From positions 116,355 through 180,354 of the forward strand of contig CAWEMM010000013.1 of the NCBI GenBank assembly GCA_963810095.1: 64,000 nucleotides of DNA, written 5' to 3'. The notes under the pieces are model-generated. The model was not told where the DNA came from. It saw only the letters and a program-made list of their open reading frames with translations, and ran no database searches. Each line of letters begins with the position of its first letter. Position 1 is the stretch's first letter. Below, piece by piece: positions 56,542-64,000 of this stretch. Source of the stretch: an uncultured Chloroflexia bacterium (GTDB taxonomy: Bacteria > Chloroflexota > Anaerolineae > CG2-30-64-16). A program made the position numbers and the translations under genes.

Positions 56542-59337
56542 ATGGCCGAATCTGCCGAAGAGTGGACGCAGCCACTTCAGATCAAGCTGCATATCCCCCG
56601 CTCCGGGCCCGGCGTGGTGGCACGCCCACGCTTGGTCGCCCGGCTGAACGAAGCCCTGGCCAATGGTGGCCGGCTGACGGTCGTCGTTGCGCCAGCCGGC
56701 TACGGCAAAAGTACGCTCCTGGCCGACTGGGTCAACGGCTGTGGGCGGACCGTGGCCTGGCTCTCGCTGGATCGACGCGATAACCATTTGCCTACTTTCT
56801 TGCGCTATTTCGTGGCCGCGGTCCGCACGCAGGATCCCAAGGCTTGCCCAATCACCTTACGCGCGCTGCAGGCACCCGCGCCGCCGGCTCCCGAGTACCT
56901 CGCCGAGTTGCTGGCCCACGATCTGGCGCTGCTATCCCAAGCTTTGATTCTGGTCCTGGACGACTATCACCTCGTACGCGATCCTGAGGTGCAGACGTGC
57001 ATGGGCCGCCTACTAGAGATCTTGCCCGAGAACGTGCATCTCGCGCTGGTCGGGCGCCTCGATTCGTCCCTGCCGCTGTCCCGTTTCGCGGCGCGCGGCC
57101 AGTTGTGCGAACTGCGCGGCGATGCCTTGCGGTTTACGTTGCCCGAAGCGACCGAGTTTCTCAGGCACAACCTTGGCTCAAGAATGACTCCCGAGGAGGT
57201 CAGCGCGCTTTATGCGCGTACCGAGGGGTGGATTGCCGCGCTGAGCCTGGCCGTCCAGTCCCTGTCTGGCCAGGCCGGTCTGGCTGGAACAGTGTCGCGA
57301 CTCGTGACCCGAGCAGATCGCCATGTGGCTGGCTACCTATTGCAGGAAGTTCTGGCACAGGAGCCTGCACCGACCCAGGACTTCCTCCTTTGCACGGCGA
57401 TCCTTGACCGTTTGTGCGCCCCGCTATGCGCCGCCGTCATCGGCGATGAGGACACTTATGCGGCGCACGTGTCCCTTGCTGGATTAAGCCAGTCGAACCC
57501 ATTGTTGCAGGCGCTGGACGACCAGGGAACCTGGTACCGGTACCACCAGTTGCTACAGGATTCACTGCGGGCGACCGTGGCCCAGCGCCTGAAGCCCGAG
57601 CGGATCGCCGAGCTGCACCGACGCGCCAGCGCCTGGTATGCAGCATCGGGCTTCACCGAAGAGGCTATAGAGCACGCGCTGGCCGCCGGAGACGTCCAGG
57701 CTGCGACACGGTTGACGGAGTGCTTCGTCCGGTCAGCGATCGAGCGCGTCCAGGCAACCGACATCGAACGTCGTTTGCGCCTCTTGCCAACAGAGGTACA
57801 GGAAACGAATCCGACCCTGGTGATGGGCCAGGCTTTCATCGCCCAGGTGCGGGATGAGCTCCAGAGGATGCCAGCGCTGTTGGAGGCCGCGGAGGCTGGT
57901 CTGCAGCGACCAGATTGGCAGGTCGACGATGACTTGCGCAGCTTCGTGCGCCGTTTGATCCACGTGGGTTGGAGTCTCTACTACTATTACATGGGGCAAG
58001 TCCAGCGCTGCCTGCAACACGCCGAATGCGCTCTCGAGCTCACCTCTCGGACAGATCAGTGGATCCACGCGGCCGCCATGCATCACTGGGCACGCGCCTG
58101 CCATGCTTTGGGCCGTCACCTGGAAGCGGTGACCAGGCTGCGGGACACTTTGGCGACGACCGCTCCCGACAACTTGGTTTATTCGCAGCAGGTATTGCTT
58201 GGCCTCGCACAAGTCTACCGTGCTTCCGGTGAAATGCGCCAGCTTGACGAGGTTGGCCGGCAAATGCTGGCAGAAACCCTTGAACTCGGGCTGGTAATCC
58301 GAGTCAGTTGGGCACGCATGCTGCAGGGCGTGGCCCGTTATCAGATGAACGACCTGGAAGATGCCATCCGGCACTTTGCGGCAGTGGTTGCTGAACCCAC
58401 TGCGGTCCACCATCTGGCGCTGCGTGACTCTGTCGCCGGCCTTGCGTTGGCTTATCAGGGCCAGGGTCTGTTCGAGCAAGCCAACGAAGTGGTGACAACG
58501 CACATTGAATTCTTGCGACGGACGCGGCGCATTCGGGAGCTGCCGTACGCGCACGCCTTGGCGGCGGTGCTTTGCCTGCGCCAGGGTAACCTCGACGCGG
58601 CTCAACAGGCGTTAGAACTGGCCGCCATCGGTCCCGATCCGGGTGTCATGGAGTGGCTCGTCGTGCCGCACTTGGTGCAGGCCAGGGTCTTGGTTGCACA
58701 GGGCGACAAGGAGGCTCTGCGCCAAGCGGCGGGCATTTGCGACGACCTGGCCGCCCGTGCGGCCACGATCCACAACATCCCAACGCTGATCCAAACGCAT
58801 GCCGTGCTGGCATTGGCCCATGAGGCCCAAGGGCACACCCCCGAGGCGATGGGTGCGCTGCGTAAGGCGCTGAAGCTTGCCCTCCCCGGCAGTTATATCA
58901 GGGGCATCGTCGACATGGACGCGCCCATGAGTCATGGCGCCTCAATGGCGCGCCTTTTGCTCCGAATGGTCGAGCAGTCCGCGCCGGACCGGTCGCACAC
59001 CGAACCGTTGGTCGATTTTGCCCGCCGTCTGTTGAGGGTCGCTCAAGACACGCCTCGATCTTCCGTCGCGGTCGACGCGGCGGCTGGCGGCCCCCCCTCG
59101 CCGAGTCTATCTGACGCAAGCGGCCTTGCATGCGTCGAGGTATTGACGGAGCGTGAGACTGAGGTCTTACGTTTGCTGGCGGAACACTATTCCAACAAGG
59201 AGATCGCGGCACAACTCGTCATTTCACTCGCCACGGTCAAGCGGCATACCACCAATATCTATGGCAAGCTGGGGGCTGGCAGCCGGAGAGTGGCAGTGGC
59301 GCGCGCCCGCCAACTCGGCATTCTGCCTGATCCGTAG
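56542..59337 (+). CDS. MalT-like STAND ATPase/TPR/LuxR transcriptional regulator
   Basis: [53 protein letters not shown]. Confidence 0.95.
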   Translation: MAESAEEWTQPLQIKLHIPRSGPGVVARPRLVARLNEALANGGRLTVVVAPAGYGKSTLLADWVNGCGRTVAWLSLDRRDNHLPTFLRYFVAAVRTQDPKACPITLRALQAPAPPAPEYLAELLAHDLALLSQALILVLDDYHLVRDPEVQTCMGRLLEILPENVHLALVGRLDSSLPLSRFAARGQLCELRGDALRFTLPEATEFLRHNLGSRMTPEEVSALYARTEGWIAALSLAVQSLSGQAGLAGTVSRLVTRADRHVAGYLLQEVLAQEPAPTQDFLLCTAILDRLCAPLCAAVIGDEDTYAAHVSLAGLSQSNPLLQALDDQGTWYRYHQLLQDSLRATVAQRLKPERIAELHRRASAWYAASGFTEEAIEHALAAGDVQAATRLTECFVRSAIERVQATDIERRLRLLPTEVQETNPTLVMGQAFIAQVRDELQRMPALLEAAEAGLQRPDWQVDDDLRSFVRRLIHVGWSLYYYYMGQVQRCLQHAECALELTSRTDQWIHAAAMHHWARACHALGRHLEAVTRLRDTLATTAPDNLVYSQQVLLGLAQVYRASGEMRQLDEVGRQMLAETLELGLVIRVSWARMLQGVARYQMNDLEDAIRHFAAVVAEPTAVHHLALRDSVAGLALAYQGQGLFEQANEVVTTHIEFLRRTRRIRELPYAHALAAVLCLRQGNLDAAQQALELAAIGPDPGVMEWLVVPHLVQARVLVAQGDKEALRQAAGICDDLAARAATIHNIPTLIQTHAVLALAHEAQGHTPEAMGALRKALKLALPGSYIRGIVDMDAPMSHGASMARLLLRMVEQSAPDRSHTEPLVDFARRLLRVAQDTPRSSVAVDAAAGGPPSPSLSDASGLACVEVLTERETEVLRLLAEHYSNKEIAAQLVISLATVKRHTTNIYGKLGAGSRRVAVARARQLGILPDP

Positions 59338-59620
59338 CCCATCAGGCCGGGTTGACAGTCCATCATGTGCGCGTAGCCCGGCTTGATCCGCGGCCACGCT
59401 CATTTCGCTGACCGCGTCGCCTGATCCATTTTCGTCTTCCTCTTTCCTCAATACCACCCTCGCAATGCGACTTTCGTGCGACTTCTAGGCCGATGCGTTC
59501 CGTCCACCTCAAATCTATACTCAAAGTCAGTGAGCATTCCAGGTGGGTATCCCTCGGACCCGAATAGACCAGACTTTGCCGAGCGAGGTTCTAAGGACCA
59601 GCGTGACTGAATCGCCTAAC

Positions 59621-59860
59621 ATGTGCCGGCCGGCAGCCTACGTGGTTCGGGTACTGGGAGTCCTGAACGACGTCCGGGTCGCTCAACACGCAGCTGTGAA
59701 CATCACAGTTTCCGCTGATTTGAGCAAGCCGGCCACGACAGCGCTGACAGTGACACTCAAAGATCAGGCGCACCTGATGGGCCTGATGATGGAGCTATAT
59801 GAGCTGGGTTATCCGATTCTTTCCCTAGAGTATCTGCCGACGCAGGGTGCGCCTGATTAG
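59621..59860 (+). CDS. Small hypothetical protein following the MalT-like gene
   Basis: YVVRVLGVL..DQAHLMGLM..LYELGYPILSL; pattern recalled near MalT-like genes, not verified. Confidence 0.55.
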   Translation: MCRPAAYVVRVLGVLNDVRVAQHAAVNITVSADLSKPATTALTVTLKDQAHLMGLMMELYELGYPILSLEYLPTQGAPD

Positions 59861-59928
59861 CGCGCAAACTCGGCTGTCGTGCGATGGTCAGGTCAATCCC
59901 ATTCGATTCAGGAGGAAAGAGAGGAAGT

Positions 59929-61587
59929 ATGAACATGGCCACAGAAGCCGCTGCGGTTCCCGCTGAAGTCCCATCTACGGCCCCTGCCAAGGCGGGACTC
60001 GTTCTTGCCACGCTTATCGTTGCTTCGGCGGTTGCCAACCTGCCCATGGCCATGGCGAACGTCGCGCTGCCGTCTATCGGCGCATACTTCAACGCCTCGC
60101 AGACGCAGCTCAACCTGGTCGCGGTCGGCTACTCTCTGGGCCTGGCCTGCTCGGTGCTGTGGTTGGGCGCGCTTGGGGACCGCTACGGCCGCAAGATGAT
60201 GCTGCTCCTTGGCCTGACGCTGGCCATACCCGCTGCGTTGGTCGCCGGCTTCGCGCCGTCGATCGAGATCCTCATCGCCGCACGCATTTTCGGCGGTTTC
60301 GCCGCCGGCATGGCCTTTCCCACCTGTCTCGCCTTGATTGCGGCGTTGTGGGGTGGCCCGGCCCGCACCCGGTCGATCGCACTGTGGGCGGCCACTGGCG
60401 GCGCCATCAACGCGTTGGGCCCCCTCATCTCCGGGACCCTGTTGTTGGCCCTGCCCTGGAGTGCCGTCTTCCTGGTGGTCATTCCGGTGGCGCTGGTCGC
60501 CCTCTTCCTGGTGCTGAAAAACATTCCAGCGCACGTCAACGAGTCGACGGAGTCGGTCGACAACTTCGGCGGCGTCCTCTCGATGGTGCTCGTCGGGTCG
60601 TTCATCCTGGGCATCAACTTCGCAGCGGTGCCCAGCATGCGCACCGAGGTGTTCGCATTGTTCGCCATCGCTGCGGTCGCCCTGGTGCTGTTCATCATCC
60701 GCCAGCGGCGGGCCGAGAACCCGCTGTACGACCTCAAGATCGCCGCACGGCCCACCTTCTGGGTGGCCGCGGTCGGGGGCATTATCGTGTTCGGCTCACT
60801 GATGGGCGCGATGTTTCTCGGCCAGCAGTTCATGCAGAACGTGCTCGGCTACTCGACCGTGGCTGCCGGCGCTGCGATCCTGCCGGCCGCGCTCTTCATG
60901 ATTCTGGTGGCGCCGCGTTCGGCCAAGTTAGTGCAGGCGCGGGGATCGCGATTTACGCTGCTACTCAGCTTTGCGTCTGTCTTGATCGCCTTCGTGCTCA
61001 TGTTGCTGCTGTGGAATGAAGGTATTCCGTACTGGATGGTTGCGATTGCGTATATCTTCCTCGGCATCGGGGTCGGGTTAGGAGGCACGCCTTCCTCGAA
61101 TTCCCTGACCGCGTCGGTCCCAGTGACACGGGTTGGCATGGCGTCGGGCACGGCCGACCTGCAGCGCGATCTGGGCGGTGCGTTGATGCAGTCGATCTTC
61201 GGCGCGCTGCTGGCGGCCGGATTCGCCGCGGCCATGGCGGCTTCCATTGCCGGCGCGCCCACCGCCGACCAGCAGGCTATGACGGCGTCCGTGCAGACTG
61301 AACTCACGATGTCCTACGCGAGCGCCGAGACAGTTGCGGCGCAATATCCGGCGTATTCAGATCAGATCACCGCCGCCGCCAAGAGCTCGTTTCTGGCGGG
61401 CGACGATTACGCCTACCTCGCCGGCATCATCGCGGTCATCCTGGGTGCAGCCATCATCTTCTTCAAGTACCCCAAACTTGAAGACGAGCACAAAAAGGAG
61501 GCCGAGTACCATGCCGAGGATATGGCGGCTTTAGCCGCTGCAGCCAAGGCTGCGCCTGCCCCGGTCATACCGAGCGCCGCGAAGTGA
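59929..61587 (+). CDS. MFS transporter (DHA2-like)
   Basis: GALGDRYGRK motif A; about 14 TM. Confidence 0.9.
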   Translation: MNMATEAAAVPAEVPSTAPAKAGLVLATLIVASAVANLPMAMANVALPSIGAYFNASQTQLNLVAVGYSLGLACSVLWLGALGDRYGRKMMLLLGLTLAIPAALVAGFAPSIEILIAARIFGGFAAGMAFPTCLALIAALWGGPARTRSIALWAATGGAINALGPLISGTLLLALPWSAVFLVVIPVALVALFLVLKNIPAHVNESTESVDNFGGVLSMVLVGSFILGINFAAVPSMRTEVFALFAIAAVALVLFIIRQRRAENPLYDLKIAARPTFWVAAVGGIIVFGSLMGAMFLGQQFMQNVLGYSTVAAGAAILPAALFMILVAPRSAKLVQARGSRFTLLLSFASVLIAFVLMLLLWNEGIPYWMVAIAYIFLGIGVGLGGTPSSNSLTASVPVTRVGMASGTADLQRDLGGALMQSIFGALLAAGFAAAMAASIAGAPTADQQAMTASVQTELTMSYASAETVAAQYPAYSDQITAAAKSSFLAGDDYAYLAGIIAVILGAAIIFFKYPKLEDEHKKEAEYHAEDMAALAAAAKAAPAPVIPSAAK

Positions 61588-61686
61588 GGGGATCACGCGC
61601 CCGCGGGTGCGCAAAGAGCGGATCTGATCGCCGGCACGCGCATCCGCCCGCCACATCACGTAGCGGTCAACCTGAACGGAGGTAAC

Positions 61687-62448
61687 ATGGACTTCAGGTC
61701 GTTCTATACCTTCCTGAATACTTTGGGGACGTGGACGTTCGGCAGTCTGGTGCTGATTGACCTGATCGCCGCGACGACGAACGCGTTCAACGGCGCGATC
61801 CTCGCCAGCCGTCGCGACCACCGCCGCAATTGGACCATCGTCGGCATCACCCTCATCGCGGTCATCGGCGGCATCGGCGGCGGCGTAACGCGTGATGTGC
61901 TGCTGAATACCATACCCGGTGCGCTGACGAATCCATGGTACCTGATCTTATGCTTGGCCGCAGTCGGCCTGGCATTCCTCGCGATGGGCCGCCTGTCGGG
62001 TCACGGCATCCGGCGCCTGTTCGATTTCATGGCGGCATTCTCTCTGCCTTGGTATGCGATCATCGGCACCCAGAAAGCGCTGGCCGATCATCTCCCACTG
62101 CTGGCAGTGGTCCTGATCGGGGTGGTCGGCCCGACCGCCGGCCGCTACTTCATCGACCTGACATCTGGGGTCACGCCGCAGCAGTTCACAAAGGGCGAGT
62201 GGTTCGTGGGCACCGCCGTGCTGACGAGCGTGACCTACATCATCCTGGATGGCTTGGGCCTGGCGAGCCCGTCGATCTGGCCGGCCACGATTATCGCCTG
62301 GCTCGTCGGCTTCTTGTTCCGCAACCTCGCGCTGCACTTCAAGTGGGAGGAGCCGGAGCCGTGGAGCCAGGAACAACTCCACGTTAGCCAAGGGCAGCCG
62401 ATCCACCGAGATGAGGGGCCGCTGCAGCCCGCGCTGACCGCCAAATAA
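61687..62448 (+). CDS. TRIC channel / UPF0126 family membrane protein
   Basis: GGIGGGVTRDVLL and a second repeat GPTAGRYFID. Confidence 0.85.
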   Translation: MDFRSFYTFLNTLGTWTFGSLVLIDLIAATTNAFNGAILASRRDHRRNWTIVGITLIAVIGGIGGGVTRDVLLNTIPGALTNPWYLILCLAAVGLAFLAMGRLSGHGIRRLFDFMAAFSLPWYAIIGTQKALADHLPLLAVVLIGVVGPTAGRYFIDLTSGVTPQQFTKGEWFVGTAVLTSVTYIILDGLGLASPSIWPATIIAWLVGFLFRNLALHFKWEEPEPWSQEQLHVSQGQPIHRDEGPLQPALTAK

Positions 62449-62460
62449 GGAGCACATTCG

Positions 62461-63340
62461 ATGACTGCCGCAGAATTCTTCGAAGCCATTGGCAAGATCT
62501 CAGGTCTGCTGTTCGTTGTCAGCAGCATGCTGGCGATGGGCCTGAGCCTGACCGTGCCGATGATTCTGCAGCCGCTCAAGAACGTGCGGCTGGTGATCCT
62601 GGCGCTGCTGGCCAACTTCGTGCTGGTGCCGCTGTTGGCCTACCTCATCATCGCTGATCATCCCTCTCGAACAATCGTTCGAGGTCGGCTTGGTTGTGCT
62701 GGCCACGGCCGCGGGCGCGCCCTTTCTTCCCAAGCTGGTGCAAGGCGCCAAAGGGAATGTCGCCTTCGGCGTCGGGCTGATGGTGCTGCTGATGGTGGTC
62801 ACCATCATCTACATGCCGATCGTGCTGCCGCTCCTACTGCCGGGCGTGTCGGTGAATCCGTGGGACATCGCCAAATCGCTGATCGTGCTGATGCTCGTGC
62901 CGCTGGCGCTCGGCCTGCTGATCAAATCGCACTCGGCCGACACCGCGGCCCATTGGCAGCCGGTGATGGCCAAGATTTCCAGCCTGGCCATCCTCGTCCT
63001 GCTCGTGGTGGGGCTGGGGTTGAACGCTTCCAATCTCATCGCTCTGATCGGCACGGGCGGCCTCGTGGCGCTGCTGCTGTTCATCGTCGGATCACTGCTG
63101 ATCGGGCTCCTGCTGGGAGGGCGTGATGCGGACAACCGCAGCGTGATGGGCCTGGGCACGGCCCAGCGCAACGTGTCGGCCGCGCTCGTCGTGACCGCGC
63201 AGAACTTCGCGGGCACGATGACGCTGCCGTTCGTGCTGGTCGGCGCCATCCTCTTGCTGCTGATCTTGCTGCCGACCGCGAAGCGATTGGGCGCGCGTAC
63301 TCCGTCGGCCGCGCCGCCGACGCCAACTGGCGGCGCATAA
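62461..63340 (+). CDS. Bile acid:sodium symporter family protein, frameshifted near 62653
   Basis: MLAMGLSL, ANFVLVP in one frame; AGAPFLPKL, QRNVSAA in another. Confidence 0.85.
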
Positions 63341-63482
63341 CACGAATCAAACCTCCACTATTGGCTGGACCTCTTTTCCGGCAGAGGAAGGGGTCTGACG
63401 AAGAACAGAGGAGAGACCGAGCGCAGGCTCGGCTGGCAATTGAGCAGCGTCTACTCGACTCTCAAGACAAGGAGACAAGATC

Positions 63483-64000
63483 ATGGCCACCAAACCGTTC
63501 AAGGGCGTCATCAACCTTGACGTCCGCGATTCCGTTGTGGACTGGGAACCGTTCACCCCCACCAGAGCGCCTGAGGGCGCACCGAACGTTTTATTCATAC
63601 TGTACGATGACACTGGCCTGGCGATGTGGTCGCCGTTTGGCGGCCGGGTCAACATGCCGACGTTGCAGAAGCTGGCGGACGATGGGCTGATGTACACGCA
63701 GTGGCACACGACCGCGTTGTGCTCACCCACTCGCTCCACGATCCTCACCGGACGGAACCATCATCTCAACGGCATGGCCGCCATCACGGAAGGCGCCAAC
63801 GGCTTCCCGGGCGCGCATGGCCGCATCCCCGACAAGTGCGCGACGGTCGGGCAGATCCTCCAGGACGGCGGTTGGAGCACCTTCTGGTTGGGTAAGAACC
63901 ACGATGTCGCCGAGCAGGATGTTGCCCCGGGCGCGAGCCGCAAGCTGTGGCCGCTGCAAAAGGGCTTTGACCGCTTCTACGGCTTCCTGGGCGGCGAGAC
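63483..64000 (+). CDS. Arylsulfatase, 3'-partial (absent from the ORF track)
   Basis: Manual translation MATKPFKG..APNVLFILYDDTG..ALCSPTRSTILTGRNHH contains the CxPxR formylglycine motif; AAGGAG RBS. Confidence 0.93.
   Translation, partial: MATKPFKGVINLDVRDSVVDWEPFTPTRAPEGAPNVLFILYDDTGLAMWSPFGGRVNMPTLQKLADDGLMYTQWHTTALCSPTRSTILTGRNHHLNGMAAITEGANGFPGAHGRIPDKCATVGQILQDGGWSTFWLGKNHDVAEQDVAPGASRKLWPLQKGFDRFYGFLGGE

Noticed and set aside
9006-63340. Frameshifts in five genes (near 9222, 13663, 23800, 48401, 62653) as pseudogenes or programmed frameshifting
   Set aside because: Each is a single 1-2 nt indel in an otherwise intact gene of unrelated function, with no slippery heptamer; most likely sequencing or assembly errors. 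Read mapping would decide.
63380-63440. Hammerhead ribozyme suggested by CTGACGA between hairpins
   Set aside because: No stem II followed by GAAA and no matching cleavage triplet geometry
255-63959. Many long antisense or alternate-frame ORFs (e.g. 255-2312, 6718-8502, 19226-20836, 28499-30421)
   Set aside because: Shadow ORFs of high-GC coding sequence with no recognisable motifs, overlapping well-supported genes

Overview
GC-rich bacterial chromosome segment. Gene content and synteny suggest Chloroflexota, probably Anaerolineae/Caldilineae-like (inference). Bases 1-47.6 kb are mostly core genes: two GT-C/TIGR03663-type membrane proteins, ACBP, sucCD, a CCA-adding-type enzyme, secDF, a D-Ala-D-Ala carboxypeptidase, an in-frame rluB-cmk fusion, plsC, glmS with its ribozyme, mutS, tex, a small glycan cluster, mtnP, tmRNA plus smpB, and two S41 proteases. 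An accessory block at 21-27.8 kb holds two lipoprotein hydrolases and a clostripain + CHAT protease pair. From 47.8 kb on are a caa3-like oxidase operon containing a PQQ-type lipoprotein, an IS256 remnant, and a MalT-like regulator followed by MFS, TRIC, BASS and arylsulfatase genes. Best candidates for new biology: (1) an apparently cytoplasmic two-protease operon (clostripain + caspase-like CHAT protein with a duplicated N-terminal module and K/R-G-L linker motifs); (2) a family of about 75-95 bp intergenic palindromes built from 9-nt units, 7 copies in 3 sequence flavours; (3) a glmS ribozyme with an 80-nt structured insertion in its core; (4) an oxidase operon with a K-channel Lys-to-Gln change and an atypical PQQ-type protein. 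Five single frameshifts in otherwise intact genes look like assembly indels. All calls come from motif recognition by eye; no database searches were run.
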